From the human T2T-CHM13v2.0 reference genome, Homo sapiens, in assembly GCF_009914755.1 (NCBI RefSeq), contig NC_060925.1: a stretch of DNA of 64,000 bases, one strand, 5' to 3'. Shown here in pieces: positions 13,151 to 28,006 of this stretch; position 1 is the stretch's first letter; each line of letters starts with the position of its first letter. Both the position numbers and the translations under genes were made by a program. Under the pieces are notes generated by a model, which searched no databases, was not told the origin of the DNA, and was given only the letters and a program-made list of their open reading frames with translations.

Positions 13151-13425
13151 TGATTCCATCTGATTGGGCTCCAAATTGGAGAGCAAGGGAGAGGAAAAGA
13201 CCAACGAGTAAACTTGCATTTTGAATTGATTGATAGATCATAAATAAGATCAATTTCCATACTCTGTTTTTCTTTTATATTTTTATTGGAAAAGAATCAA
13301 AGTATGCAAAATTTTGACTTTATTGTCTCACCTCATTTTTGACCTAATACTGTGGTTCCTGAGGATGTGAACTTTATCCACTAGATTAGCCTGTGTTTTG
13401 GTTGTTAATAAAAGACAAAAACAGG

Positions 13426-13762
13426 GATCAGGCATGGTGGCTCATGCCTATAATCCTAGCACTTTAAGAGACCGAGATGGGCAGATCACCTGAGGTCAGG
13501 AGTTCAAGACCAGTTGGGCCAACATGGCAAAACACCGTCTCTACTGAATTAAAAAAAAAAAAATTAGGCGTGGTGGCACATGCCTGTAGTCCCAACTACT
13601 CAAGAGGCTGAGGCATGAGAATTGCTTGAGCCCGGGGGGGCAGAGTTTGCAGTGAGCCGAGATCAGCTGTTGGCACTCCAGCTGGGGCGACAGAGCAAGA
13701 CTTTGTCTCAAAAAAAAGAAACAAAAACCAAAAACCAAAAAACAAACAAACAAACAAAAAAA
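13426..13762 (+). mobile_element. AluS (Sx-like)
   Basis: Full dimer, CACCTGAGGTCAGGAGTTCAAGACC, A-rich tail with CAAA(AA) repeats. Confidence 0.95.
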
Positions 13763-14769
13763 CCACACACAAAATCAAATGAGCCCCTGTAAGAGAGAAA
13801 TCTGCTCTCCTTTAAGACATTCTCAAGACTCAGAGGAAATCCAAAAGCAGCATCACCAGAAATTAGTGTAGTCTCATAAAGAATTCATGATGAAGGAACA
13901 ACACTCACTTGGGTATTTAAGTCCAAATATATTATAAAGACAGTGAAATTATTTTATTTCATAATTCATTTTTAGTGAAAGATAATTGTAATGATATTTC
14001 CCTTAGCATTAACAATTTTTTTTTAACAAAGTTAGGGATTTCTCCTTTAAGAAACACTGTCTGTGGGTCTCCCACATTGGCAATTTGAGGCTCATTGGCC
14101 AACATGATGGCAGATATCTGAGGGCCTAAGTGTCTTGAACCAACAATCTGAGGATTGGAAATCTTGGCTCCTTTACCAAGCAGAGGCTGGAGGTAGTTTT
14201 CCTACCCTAATCCAATTTCCTTCTATATCTGAAGGGTTCTATGAGCTTCTAGCTATCTATCAAGGAATCTCACTTGTGCTTACTTAGACCTCGTATCTGG
14301 GCTCCTTCCCTTAGTGTCTTAAGTGGTTTCATTATCCTCAGTCTTATCCCCATTAACGTCATCCTTCACTCTTCAGCCAGGATGAATTTTATAAAATGTA
14401 AATACAAGCATGCAACTCTCTTGTTTAAAAACCTCTTTGTCAGACATGGTGTTAGCCTACTCACAAGCCAATACTCTACGTTCCTGTGGCAGCAGCATCC
14501 TGACTTTTTCAGGAATGAGACAGAACTGTGTTCAGGGAAATAGGTCTCTGCTCCAACTCCAGCTCATCTAAACCAGTCACAGTAATTCTCTTAGCCTATT
14601 CCAGTGATATGATTTGGAAGTGGGGTAGTGACCCAATTCTGGTCAATGCAATCATAGAGAAAGTCTATTGAGGACTTCTGAGAACTGTTCTGATGGAAAC
14701 AAAGAGAGACACACACACAAATAGAAGCTCTTCCTGTTGACCTCTGGCTATGATTGTGTGAGGATGTAA

Positions 14770-15083
<314 letters not shown>

Positions 15084-15249
15084 AAGGTTGTAATGTTTAG
15101 AGCTGCAGCAGACATCTTGGAACATGAGGAAATAAGCCTGAGGATGAAAGCCATGGGAATAGAAAAGAAGATGGGAAGAGACTATCTACAATGATGCCAC
15201 TGAACTGTTGAACCAACCCTGGAGACATTTATCTCTGCACTTGCTAGGC

Positions 15250-15699
15250 GAGGTGTTTAAAATAACATTGTGTTCCCAATTGCTTTTCTCCTCTCTTTAA
15301 GAGGATGGTACTTTGCCCACCCACTGCCACCTGATGTGAGTTGCCCCCATGTGGAGGAGTATACCCACCTATACCTCTTCTATAAGGCTTAGTTATCTCA
15401 CTTGCATTCACCAATGGAATGTGCATGGAAGTGATACCATATTCATTTTTGAACCCTTTAAGAACTCTTGCATGGTTCCACCATTTCCCTTTTCCCTCTG
15501 GCATAAGAGAGGCAGGTATGTTGTAAGAATGCAGAGAAATCCTTCTTCAGCCTAGATCCTGGGATAAAGAAGCTACTTGGTGCAGGAGAAGGGCTACTGT
15601 CAACCGACAGCTGATATATGTGAGCAAGAAACACACTTTTCTGCTGTAAGCCACTGAGATCTTGGAGACATTTGTTGCTGCATCACAGCTGACTAATAT
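15250..15699 (+). mobile_element. MLT1I-like MaLR LTR
   Basis: CCAATGGAATGTGCATGGAAGTGA...TTTTCCCTCTG...TGTAAGCCACTGAGAT...GCTGACTAATA. Confidence 0.7.
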
Positions 15700-16095
15700 G
15701 TAAGGCAATAGATGTCCTTATGATTTGAATAACTCTAGGATTACCCTTTTATACCTTTTAACCAAATATAGGTTCTCTATTGTCTTTAGAAAAACAAGAA
15801 ATAATTTAGAATTAAACATAAGGCCCTCCTAGATCTAATATCTGTCTACTTCTCCTCCTCATCTCTTAGCCACTCTCCTACACCCTATATTCTGGCAATT
15901 ACTGGTAATTACCCTAAAATGCCAAGCTCTTTCATACTTCCATAGCTTTGCATGAGTTAGACCCTTTTTCTGGAATATGAAAAGGAAAACAAGGTAATCT
16001 TTTCCTTGTTTTCTTAGGTAATTCCTATTCTTACTTCAAAATTAACCTCCTGCATCACTTAGTTCATCTAGGATGCTAGAGAACTGAGAGAACTG

Positions 16096-16300
16096 AGAAC
16101 TGTCCTGATGGAAACAGAGAGAGACGCACGTACAAGTAGAAGCCCTTCCTGCCTACCTCTGGCTTTGATTGTGTGAAGATGTAATGTTTACAGCTGCAGC
16201 AGCCATCTTGGGACATGAGTAAATAAGCCTGAGAACGAAAGCCGTGAAAGTAGAAAAGAGAAAGATGGGAAGAGGCTATCTACAATGATTCCACTGGACT
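16096..16300 (+). repeat. Direct duplicate of the MLT1K segment ~14679-15208, without the Alu
   Basis: Colinear match from TGAGAACTGT(C/T)CTGATGGAAAC to CTATCTACAATGAT; reads GTGTGAAGATGTAATGTTTACAGCTGCAGC across the empty Alu site. Confidence 0.9.
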
Positions 16301-16308
16301 ATTCCACT

Positions 16309-16758
16309 TATAAATGCACTGATACTATCCTGAAAGGATAAGCCAGTCTGATTACCTCTAAATCTGTAAGCTCTGGGAGAGGAGTATACTTATCTATACC
16401 TCTTGTATAAGGCTTAGTTATCTCACTTGCATTGGCAAAGGGAATGTAAATGGAAGTAGAGCTTCTTTATCCCAGAATCCAGGCTAAAGGAGGATTTCTC
16501 TCCATTCTCATGACACACCTGCCACTCTTATGTCAGAGGGAAAAGGGAAATAATGGAACCATGCCTGAGTTCTTAAAGTTTCTACATGAATATTGCATCA
16601 CTTCCATTCACATTCTATTGGCCAGTGCAAGTGACATTAACTTAGCCTTATACAAGAGGTATAGGTAGCTATAATCGTCTCTCAGAGTTTACAGATTTAG
16701 AGGTAGCCATTATTATAAGACTGGCCTGTTCTGTCAGGATGTTATCAATGCATTTATA
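16309..16758. repeat. Inverted repeat (arms 16309-16457 and ~16599-16758); 16459-16690 is an inverted copy of 15350-15574
   Basis: CTATACCTCTTGTATAAGGCT and its reverse complement AGCCTTATACAAGAGGTATAG; outer ends TATAAATGCACTGATA / TATCAATGCATTTATA. Confidence 0.9.
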
Positions 16759-18799
16759 CATAGAATAGAAATATATTGTTTAAAAAAATCATAATGGTTG
16801 TAATATTCTATTATCCTGCAATCAAGTGCATGCATAGTCTCCAATTCACTTCCCATATGATCCATCCCTGAGATGCTTCCCTTGCATCTTTGGGATGTGG
16901 TTTGGGCACAGCTTGCATGGGAGAACAATGAGGAAGAGAGGTTTCTGTAGTGTTTCCATCTTCATAAGTAAGTCAATTTTGGTTCTTGGCCCCAAATGCC
17001 TTTCCCCTCTGTATTTTCTGACTTCTTGAGGCTGTAGAAGGTGCTAACTAATAAACCACAAGGAAATTGGATTCGGTGACAGCATCAGCAGGCTAAGGTT
17101 TTACAGCACCCAGGAAGTGGATGATCCCGAAAGGCTGCCTGACAGTTACCACAGAGGCTGGTGGAGCTGCCCCTCCTCGGCTGCTGTCTCTCCTCTCCAT
17201 TGGGCCCCGAGGCCCAGAATCATCTCCTCATACCTGCTCTGTCTGACATGTTCACACAGCTCCAGGAGATCAATCTCACCCCCTTGCATCTGGCAGTTTC
17301 TTTTAAGATAAAAACAGATGGTCAGAAATAATTTTTTTCTATTTTATTTCATTATATTTAAAAAGCAACTACTTTGGACACTCAGATACTGCTATCTACA
17401 TCTGTTCGCATCATTTAATTTCCTGCCAAAAATGTGTATGGTAAAATGATTTTAATGGGTAAAACCAAAGCTACAGTCCCCTTTCACACAAAGCTGTTTG
17501 ATGACATTCATTTTCCACTGTCTCTTCTCCATGCCTCGGTCAGATGAACCCCATCTAAGAGTTCTCTGGAGGGAAAACTCTATTTTTAAAATTTTTAATA
17601 GAAGCCCAGGGCTTGAGGAAAACCAATTGGTCTAAGAGTTCTGGTTTGATTTTCTTCTTGAACTTGTTTGCTTACTTTGAAAATTTCTTAGAAACATGAT
17701 TTTTCAGAAATATGCATGCTTATTAATATTTAAATAATTCTATTTAAATATGTTTTATAACTTCCTGAAGTTATGTAGATGATGGGGGGCTGGATGAAGC
17801 AGGCTTGCTGGGGATACTCCCATGCAAGCTATACCCAAACCACATCCCCACGGTGTAAGAGAAGCAACTCAGGGGTGGATTTTGTGGTCAGTGAATTGGA
17901 GACTACGTGCACACACTTGATTGAAGAATAATAGACAGAATATTACATCCGTTATGATTTTTAAAGCAATATTATTTACTACACTCATCGTTGCCAAATT
18001 ACTAAGCTTTCATCTTATATGGCGGCATCTTTAGAAGCCAACAAGTGTAGAAGACCTCCATGGTTCATCTGTGTCTATGGTAAAATCGTACTTACTAATT
18101 TAAAGCTCAGCCACCCTAGCCAAATACTTCTTTAAAGACAAATCCTTAAACAATTGTTAACTTTCAGCCACACTTTTAGTGTTGTAGAATATCTGCCTCT
18201 TCCAGTGAGCTTTTCCTGAAGACCCTCAAGTTCAGTTAATTCTTTATGTCATGCTCCAGTGGATCTGATTCAAGGTATGTTAAGTTCTCAACCACTGGAT
18301 TTGAAGAGCTTTCCAGAGGAAGCTGGAGTGAGGAAGGGACTTTGAGCTGGGGAAACTGACCTATATAAAGAAGAGCTGATTTTAACAAGAAATAGAGAAA
18401 GTCCAAACTTGAACATACAACAGAGACAACAAGTACAGGAATAATTCAAGGCAATAGTCAATTGTGCGGTCAGGGGCAGGTTAGCACTATCGCTCTGTCG
18501 TGCACCAAAGGAGGCTGGAATGGTGAGGACTGAATCACTAGTCTTTCAGGTGGTTGGGCCCTAATGGTAGGAACTCAGTACATGACAACATGTATTTTGG
18601 AGTAGGTACAGGGAGCAGGATATAGCTTTTAGGTGCAGGCAATTGGGATGATGGTGGCAGGTGTGGTGGTGGGGTGGATCCAGTTGCTTCAGGAACTGGA
18701 AAACTGGATTCAGAGAAATTCTCTTTAGAGTGGTTGTCCAGGAGCAGAAATGAAGAAATGTTTATTAAAGTATTTGGTTTATTTGTGTAATATTTTTCC

Positions 18800-19310
18800 T
18801 AATAACAAAATTGAAATCAAAACCTAATCAGTGCATATAGCTTGGAAAAATCTTATAGAAAAGCACAAAAAGGAAAACTTCACAATCCAATTAACCAGAA
18901 ATAAACATTGTTCACAATAGATACATGTCCTTCAAATTTTCTCTCTCTCTGTCATTTAAAGATTGATATTGTATATATAATTTTAAGGTCTTTATTCACT
19001 TAGCAATACTGTTTTTTATTTTCCCATGTTAACAAATATTCTTTTTCAAAATTATTCTAATGATTTCATAGTATTCTTTGCATCATATAGGTAGTCCATA
19101 ATGTACTTAATGAATCCATTACTCTAAGACATTTTGTGGCTTTTCCATATAATTTATTGCTAAGCAAGTTTTTAACATACAACTTTATACACATCACTAA
19201 TTATCAGATTCTATTTCTTTAAGTATAGAAAATTTTCTCTATCAGAGGGAATACTTGTGTCATCCAGAAAGGTTATATGATTCTACATCTTTAGAAACAG
19301 TGTCCCCTTT
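18800..19310 (-). mobile_element. Ancient L1ME-type 3' fragment
   Basis: TTCACTTAGCAATACTG...CCCATGTTAACAAATATTCT...CCATAATGTACTTAA. Confidence 0.55.
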
Positions 19311-19409
19311 GTCTCTGATAGTGCTTTCCTGAGCATGAGTCCACTGGGGACCTGGGATAAGATCAGGATGCTTGGGACTCGGGCAGCTTGTTTTGCGAAA
19401 ATTCTCCAG

Positions 19410-19562
19410 GCTGGGGAATGAAGACTCCCCGAGGCTTCTGGTCTTGGCTCTGGTCACCTGATATATGACCTTAGGTGAGGAAATATTATTTCCTGGGTGT
19501 TGTTTCCTCGTCTGAAAATAAGGTGGTTGGATTTGATAATTTCTAAGCTCTCTTTAAGCTGA
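19410..19562 (+). mobile_element. MIR3-like SINE
   Basis: GTTTCCTCGTCTGAAAATAAGGTGGTTGGATTTGATAATTTCTAAG. Confidence 0.6.
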
Positions 19563-19869
19563 TATATTTTCTTATTCCCTGTGGCAGTGGTAACAATGAG
19601 TGAATCCCTCAGATTTGGAAGCCAAATATTCACAATGACTAGTTAGTGAACTTGGTTTGTATTCCAGAAGAATCCTTGCTGTACAGATCAAGAAGAAGGG
19701 CAAGCTTTGGATTCTGGAAAGTAAAGCCCACTGTCCCCACCAGACCTGAGATGCCAAGTAAGTGTGCTCAGTAGCTGTCAGACTTTCAAGACTGAATTAC
19801 GGAATGACCATCATCCTTCTTTTGTCTTCCCACCTATGCGGATGAGACAATACATTCTTACTTCACGGA

Positions 19870-21070
<1,201 letters not shown>

Positions 21071-22229
21071 ATGAAATTAATTTTTAAGGTCTTTTATTTT
21101 TCTCTCTTATGTGGCTGCCTCATATAAACAGATGGGAAAAGGGCAAAAGAGAAAACAGAGAGCAGATGCAAAATCATAAATGTGAAAATATGAATGTGGT
21201 ATTTGATGAATGGATACAGGCAACCAGAGGGGTTGGGTTGCTGCATGAACTCAGGGAAGTGGCTAAACTGAAACTGACCACAAGGAATCATGGAGGCACC
21301 TTGCATTCTGGCTGTCTCTTTTGTTCAGTGCTAGTCTCTTTTGCTCTGACTCAAACACGAAGATAGTCTCTCAACTTCTCATGATGCCTTCTGCAGAAAA
21401 CAAGGCGCATGGTACAATCTGGTAATTGAATCAGTTCTTGGTTGATTGGGCCAGCAGATGAACCATGAGTGGTTCTTTCCTCTTGGTGCAGATAAGTTGC
21501 TGTTAAAAGATGCTTCTAAGCACTTAGAATAATGCAGTATGTAGAATAAACCAGTGGGAGCCTGGTGGGAAGACAGCCATCCACATGGCTAATTTATTTC
21601 AAATCACACCCAGGAAATCCAGCTTATCTAAACAAATCCTAGGCCAGAAGGGAGGGCTGAAGGACAGCAACTGGGGAGCAGCCATAAAATGTTAAGTATT
21701 GCATAGCTGGATAAAGCAGGACCCAGAGAGCCAATGACTGTTTAAATTATTGTAGAATGTAAACTCATCAGATGACATCTAATCCAGCCATATTTCCCTC
21801 AATTATTTCACCCCAGTAGGGTTTGCTTTCCCATCAGTACTGGATCACAGAGCTGTCAGCTGGCGTTTTTGAAGGGTGATTTGTTGCTCTAATGATGATA
21901 CTGAAATCTGTTTATGGTTGTTTATCTAAGGGTCATCTATCTTCTGAGGCATCTTCCTTCTCTCGGGATTCTATTTGGGTAGCTCTCTTCAATTCCCCAA
22001 ACAGAACAACTGTTAGTATTTCACAAAGGTAAGTATCCTGTCCATGTTAATTTTATGACCTATGAGTGTAGCATAGTTATTGAGCCAACTATGTTAAAAA
22101 TTATGCCTTATATATTTAAGAGACTTTAAAGAGTACCCAGCATGTGCATATGTACTATTTTCTAAGCTAGTTATATATAGCTCTGTAATTATAAAAGTAC
22201 CAATCATATGAATGGTTAAAGAAATCATT

Positions 22230-22385
22230 TTATATATCACAATGTTTACAGTATGACAGACATTGTTCTATAATAAGTAACAATCCCAGGATGTGGGTAC
22301 TATTATCATCTCTATTTTACCGGTGAGGAAATCAGGGTACAGAAAGCATGGGTAATTTGCCCAGAGTTAAACAGCTGGTAATTTT
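22230..22385 (-). mobile_element. MIR
   Basis: GGTACTATTATCATCTCTATTTTACCGGTGAGGAAATCAGGGTACAGAAAG. Confidence 0.75.
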
Positions 22386-22776
22386 TGTGCTACCCACTAA
22401 AGGCAGGAGAATGACAGCAGCATAGTGTGGAGCAGTGCTTAACAGAGTTTTTGACTAAAGTCTCCATTAAATCAAAGGGGAATGAATGTGCACTTCCAGG
22501 GGAATCTGGCACTAAAATCAGCAGTGCCAGATATTATTGAGAAGGCTCAATATTTTCTCTAAATTGTGTGGGTTTTAAAAGATAATTTTTTTTTTTTTGC
22601 AAAATCAGCCATCTAATCTATAATATACCTGAGTTTGTTTTATTCCAAATCTGTCAAACTTCTGAAGAAAATGAATGCTCCAGGATGTGCCTGGTTTATG
22701 TTGGGGTCTCTGGTTGCCCTTATATGCCACTCATTTGCTACTGTGGAAGTATGTGTCTTCCAGTTTGGGAAATCCA

Positions 22777-22945
22777 GGTATCATAGAGAGATCACTGGGC
22801 TGTCAGTCAGGCAAGAACTAGGGTCTGGTTCCAGTGTTGCTGCTGGGCACATCTGAGATCATGAACAAGTCACCTACACTTCAGGGCTTGGAATTCATCT
22901 TACGTAAAATGAGGGGTTGGGTCAGATCCACTGTTCTTCAACTAA
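22777..22945 (+). mobile_element. MIR3/MIRb-like SINE
   Basis: GAACAAGTCACCTACACTTC...CATCTTACGTAAAATGAGGGGTTGG. Confidence 0.65.
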
Positions 22946-24429
22946 ACTCCTGAAACTCCCTGGGGCTCTAGACAGAAGAAGAAAAGAGCGGAAAGTGAGG
23001 CCCCTCATCACCTTGGTTACATACTTTCCATTTTGGACTTTCCAGTACAATTTTGTAGAACAATTGCATTCCACTTATTTCAAATACATAATTCAAAATG
23101 TTTGGGAAAAGCTAAACAACTGAATGAGATGATGTCTAAGGTCAGCCCAGTCTATAAGTCTAAGGAGAAGGGCCCAAATTCCAACCCTTCTTAGGAGCCT
23201 ATGCCTACCTCTCTGCTTGATCTAGGTTCACTTGGGAAAGCTTCAATATATACAAGGTCACTTAGTCATTTTGTCTTGTCAAGTTTTAGGCAGTGTCCCC
23301 TGAGATTTTCTTGTTACAGCCAACCCTAGGCTATCTGGTTCTCCTTTTTGACTTAGGACTGGGAATCCATTGGAAGCATCAAGAAAGGTTACTCTCATTT
23401 TGATTCTCATACTTGTGTCTTTTGAAAATAGCGCATACGTTAGTGTGGAATGTGTATCTCTCTATTCACTCTCTTGATTTTTTTTTGTTTGAAGTAGCCT
23501 CATCTAATAAAAGTCTTACTGACACAAAGGTTATAAGGCTGGTGACTAAATTATGGGTCCTTCAGTGAGAGATAGACAGTGAGCTTTCAACAAGTGCCTG
23601 ACATCGTGGAGACAAGAGAGAGTCTATTTGAGGAAGCTTGGGGGCCAGGATTAAGTTCCTTGCCTACTATAGGCGTGCAGACCTTTTTTAAGGAGAATGC
23701 TTAAATCTTAAGGGACTTTGAGGTTAATTGCCATCCACTGTCCTGGGATCAATAAAAAATAGGCAAAAAGGGCCCACATTTAAAGCTTGTTTCTCCCAAC
23801 AGCCTTTGCAGAGAGGCTTATTTTATTTACATTTGCTGTACTCTTGTTCCTACTAAGTTGGGAATCCATATGGTCTCTAAGTGTGGGGCAGTCCTGGCTT
23901 ATCCCTGTTATCTCAGAGTAATTATTGCTATTACCCTCTTTATTTTATAAATGTCCTGGAATGGACAGTGAGTTGCATGGTTACCTTACTGCTGAGAGAA
24001 GGGGCCCTAGGTAGGCTGTATGCATCGACAGTCATGTTCTATAACCAGTACCATGTCAGTTTGACTCGCTTTTAGCAAGGCTTCTCCAAGGGAGTGAAGA
24101 AAGACACAGCCACAGTGAGAAGAGATGGACTTTCTGCTTTTATCAGGGAAGACAAACACATGGGCAGGAAAGAGAGTAGCCAGTAGTGGAATTGGCCTCA
24201 CTCATCATTTGGAGGAAATATTCCCCTTGATTTAAGAATTTGGATGGCCAAGAGGGTTTTCAGGAAAACAGGCAATGGGACAAGAAGCAGGAAAGAGTTA
24301 GGAGGTTTGCATAACTCGGTACCCAGTATTTGGTCTGATAGCACCAGGAGCAGAGTGGATTTGAGTGGGATCTGACCTATGCTTGGAGGATTCCATTCTC
24401 CATTGGCAGAGGAGCTTTGCTTCATGACC

Positions 24430-24598
24430 ATGCACCTGAGTTTGTGTGGCTTTCAGGGCATTTATGAATCCATGAAAACTGTAAAACATTTTGTTTTGTA
24501 TGTATGCATATGCTCCATATTTTTCTGGAGAGTGGATCTATAATTTACAGTAGATTATCAACGCATTCATGACTCTAAAAAGTTAATATTGAGACTGG
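24430..24598. mobile_element. hAT-Charlie DNA transposon relic (Charlie15/18-like)
   Basis: TTTTCTGGAGAGTGGATCTATAATTTACAGTAGATTATCAA...ATGACTCTAAAAAGTTAA resembles a Charlie terminal region. Confidence 0.45.
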
Positions 24599-24779
24599 TG
24601 ACTAATTTACATTGCCAGTTAATAGCTGAAGGAAAGGGGTGGGGCTTGGGAATCTTTGACACCAATAGGTAATTCTGGTGTCCGTTGGTTATTTGCTCTT
24701 TGTATCCCAAAGATAATTTTAAGCAAAAATCACTAAGACTTTTATAGTATTGACAAAATGAAAAGCTCACATTTATAAA

Positions 24780-25095
24780 ATTTTATTGCTTTTTTCTATA
24801 AAAGTGTTCTACTTTTTATATAAAAAAGAATCGACATTAAAAATTGTTTTAAAAAATTGCCCATTATATCTTCACTTTAATCCAACTGTTTATTATTTTA
24901 GTTTACTTTCTTCCAATTATTTTCATATGCTACTTATTGATACATAATTGTAATTATGATATCCATACAATTTCTATCCTGATTTTTATGTACTAGTACA
25001 TCATAAATATTTTTCATGACTTTACATAGTCTGAAATAAATATAACTGTTAATTATTTCAGAGTAATTCACCAAGTTAATGTTCCACAACATCTT
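24780..25095 (-). mobile_element. Ancient L1ME-type 3' fragment
   Basis: ACATAATTGTAATTATGATATCCATACAATTTCTATCCTG...CATCATAAATATTTTTCATG. Confidence 0.5.
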
Positions 25096-25099
25096 ATTT

Positions 25100-27110
25100 T
25101 TAATGGGGGTTTTGAACTATAAATTACATTCAGCCAAGTGCACAAATTATGATTGTACAGCTTGATGAATTTTCACAAAATGAACACACTTATGTAACCA
25201 TCTTTCAGATCAAGAAATAGAATATTACTAGCTCCTTCTTAGTTACTATCTTCCCTTTCTTCTCAAAAGGGACCACTGTCAAGACTTCTAACACCATGAT
25301 TTCATCATGCTTGTTTCTGAAATTTATATACAGAGAATCATAGGGTGATTCCAAACTCTTTTCGTTTTGACTTTTTCATGCAACATAATATTTGTCAGAT
25401 TCATCTGTGTTGTCACATGTAGCAGTAGTTTATTTTCATAGCTGGATAATATTCTATTTTAAGATTTTATCCAGTTTATCAAAATCTTATAGACATTTGT
25501 TGATAGACATTTGCGTTATTTTCAGTTTTAAGCTATTACAAATAATGCTGTTATGACCATTTTTGTACCTATCTTTGGTGCACATATGTAATCGTCTTCT
25601 GTTGGGAAATATATATGGGAGTGACATTGCTGAGTTATTTTGAATGTGCATATGTTCAGCTCTAATAGATACCACAGATACTTTTTCAAAGAGTTTACTG
25701 ATTTATAGCCCCAGCAGTGTATGATAGTCCATCTGCTTCCCATCCTTGCCATCCCTGGGAATTATTAGTCTTTTTCATTGTAATCATTGTGATAGGTGTA
25801 TGTTGACATCTCCTTGAGGTAGTAATCTTCATTAGGCTGGTGACTTTTGGTAAACAGAAGTCTTAATTTTAATATAGAACCCACTTTATTGGTCTTTTCC
25901 TTTATGATTCATGATTTTTGTGTCCTGTTTAAGTAATCTTTGCCTACTTGTAGATACTATGTTGTTTTCTTTTATTGATTCACCATTCACATTAAAGTCT
26001 ATATTCCACATGAAATTGATTTTTGCCTATGGTGTGAAATACATGTCTAGATTCAGTTATTTTTAATATCTGCATCTTGAAAAAAACATTCTTTCCTTGC
26101 AGGTATTCAGTGCTTGCTTCCTTTTTCATAAACTAATGTCCACACATGCATGGGTCTGTCTCTAGACATTCTGTTTTGTTCCATGGGTTTATTTATTTAT
26201 CCTTGCCAATCTTACACTTTTCACTCACTGCAGCTTTATAGAAAAATCATCATAGCTAGTACTTTAATTCTCGAACTATCAAGATTGTCTTGGTTATTTT
26301 TAGCCCTTCACCCTTCCACATATTTTAGAAATAAGTTGCCAATTTCCTTTAAAAAGTGTTAAGACTTTAGTTAGGATGTAATTGAATCTATAGATTAGTT
26401 TAGGGAGTATTAACATCTTTATAATGTTGATCTTCCAAATCCATAGACCTAGTATATCTCTTAATTTATTTAACTCTTTTTTAATTTCTAAAATGTTTGC
26501 AGCTTTATGTAGAAGTTTGTACATTTTCAGTAGATTTGTTTCTATGTGTTTGATTGTTGTTTTGCAAATAGTTTTATTTAAAAGAATTAATTTTATAATT
26601 GTTGCTGATATTAAGGAAAACAATTTGTTTTTATGTATCATTGCCCTTTTTATTCAGTGATTTTACTAAATTTGCTTATTAATACTCATAATTTATCTGC
26701 AGATCTACCGGGATTTAAAAAATATATATCTTTTATTTTCTTCCTTTATAACATTTTTAATTGTGCCTTATTACATTAGCTAGAACTTCCAGTATAATTA
26801 AATAGAAATGATGATAAGGGGAGTATTTACCTCATTCTTAATCTCAGAGGGGGAAACTTTAAATATTTCACCTTAACTATGGTATTTCCTATAAGCTTTT
26901 TGAAGATAATCTTTCTCAGAAGGATGTTCCTTTCTGTTTCTCATTCAAGAGTTTATTTATTTGTTAAAATCATAAATGGATATTGAATATTTTCACAAGC
27001 TTTTGCTGCATCTCTTGAGATAATCATTGATATTTTTCCTTTATTTCATCCATGTAGTGAATTACACTTTTTGCTTGTTGAATATTAAACCACATCTGCA
27101 TTTCTTATAA
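25100..27110 (-). mobile_element. L1ME1-like LINE-1, from RT region to 3' UTR, decayed
   Basis: ORF 26300-26641 gives EIKKELNKLRDILGLWIWKINIIKMLILPKLIYRFN (L1 ORF2-like); 3' UTR GTACAGCTTGATGAATTTTCACAAAATGAACACAC. Confidence 0.85.
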
Positions 27111-27111
27111 T

Positions 27112-27375
27112 GATATTGTGAATATGCTTTTAGGATATACATATTTATCTCTCAAATCCTTTGAGAGGTACATACTGAAATATTTATGGGCTAGATATTT
27201 ATGGGATTGTCTACAAAATATTCTGGAAGTGGTAGAGGAAGTGTGAGGCTATAGCTAATGTAAGATTGTCCATGAGTTGATACATTTTAAAAACGGGGTG
27301 ATGAGTACTTGGGGACTCATTATACTCCCTTCTTTACTTTTGCATATGTTTAAAAATTTTCATGATAAATATTAG
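27112..27375 (+). mobile_element. L1ME2/3-like 3' end
   Basis: ACATACTGAAATATTTATGG...GGGGACTCATTATACT...TTTTGCATATGTTTAAAAATTTTCATGATAAA. Confidence 0.7.
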
Positions 27376-27915
27376 CTTTAGAAAGTAAATTCTGTCTTGG
27401 AGAAGATAATACCACCCAAGACTCAAATTATCTCTATAAATTTTCACAGTATTTGATTTAAAAATGCCAGATAGATTAGATAATGAGAAAGGAGTGGGAC
27501 ATTTATCAGTTTATAGAAAGAGACGGGGAAATCTGGATTTGGAGGTATCATATACATTTTAAAAATTGTGATTAATATGTTCAAGTAAATAGAATTCATT
27601 AGTAAAACCATAGGAGTGAAATGTAATCCACAAAAAAAAGAGACACATTGAAATTTGAGAACTAAAATGAAAATGTCTGAAACTAAGAAAAGTAAACTGT
27701 TTTAATAGTAGGTTAAACACAGATGAAGACATGATTAAAAAACTAGAAGATTAATTTAGTGGAAAGAAAACTGACATAAGTATGGAATAGAGAAAGAGTA
27801 GAAAATATAGAAAACAATGTAATAAATATGTCAAGTTTTAGGAAAAAGTCCAATGTAATTTGAACCTCGGAAGGGGAAAAAAACATGAATGAGACAGAAA
27901 AAATGTTCAAAGTGA

Positions 27916-28006
27916 AAGTTTTGGGAACAGTGGCGACAATTGAATAAGAGTGTGAAAGTAATTAGTTCCATTAAATTATATACTTAAAAATGGTTAAAAT
28001 ACCTAA
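27916..28006 (+). mobile_element. ~90-bp L1MA/MB 3'-tip insertion with perfect 18-bp TSD
   Basis: AAATTATATACTTAAAAATGGTTAAAAT; AAAAAATGTTCAAAGTGA at 27898-27915 and 28007-28024. Confidence 0.8.

Noticed and set aside
17554-17642. TCTAAGAGTTCT repeated 77 bp apart, as a possible TSD
   Set aside because: The intervening sequence has no retroelement features; one such 12-bp match is plausible by chance in 64 kb.
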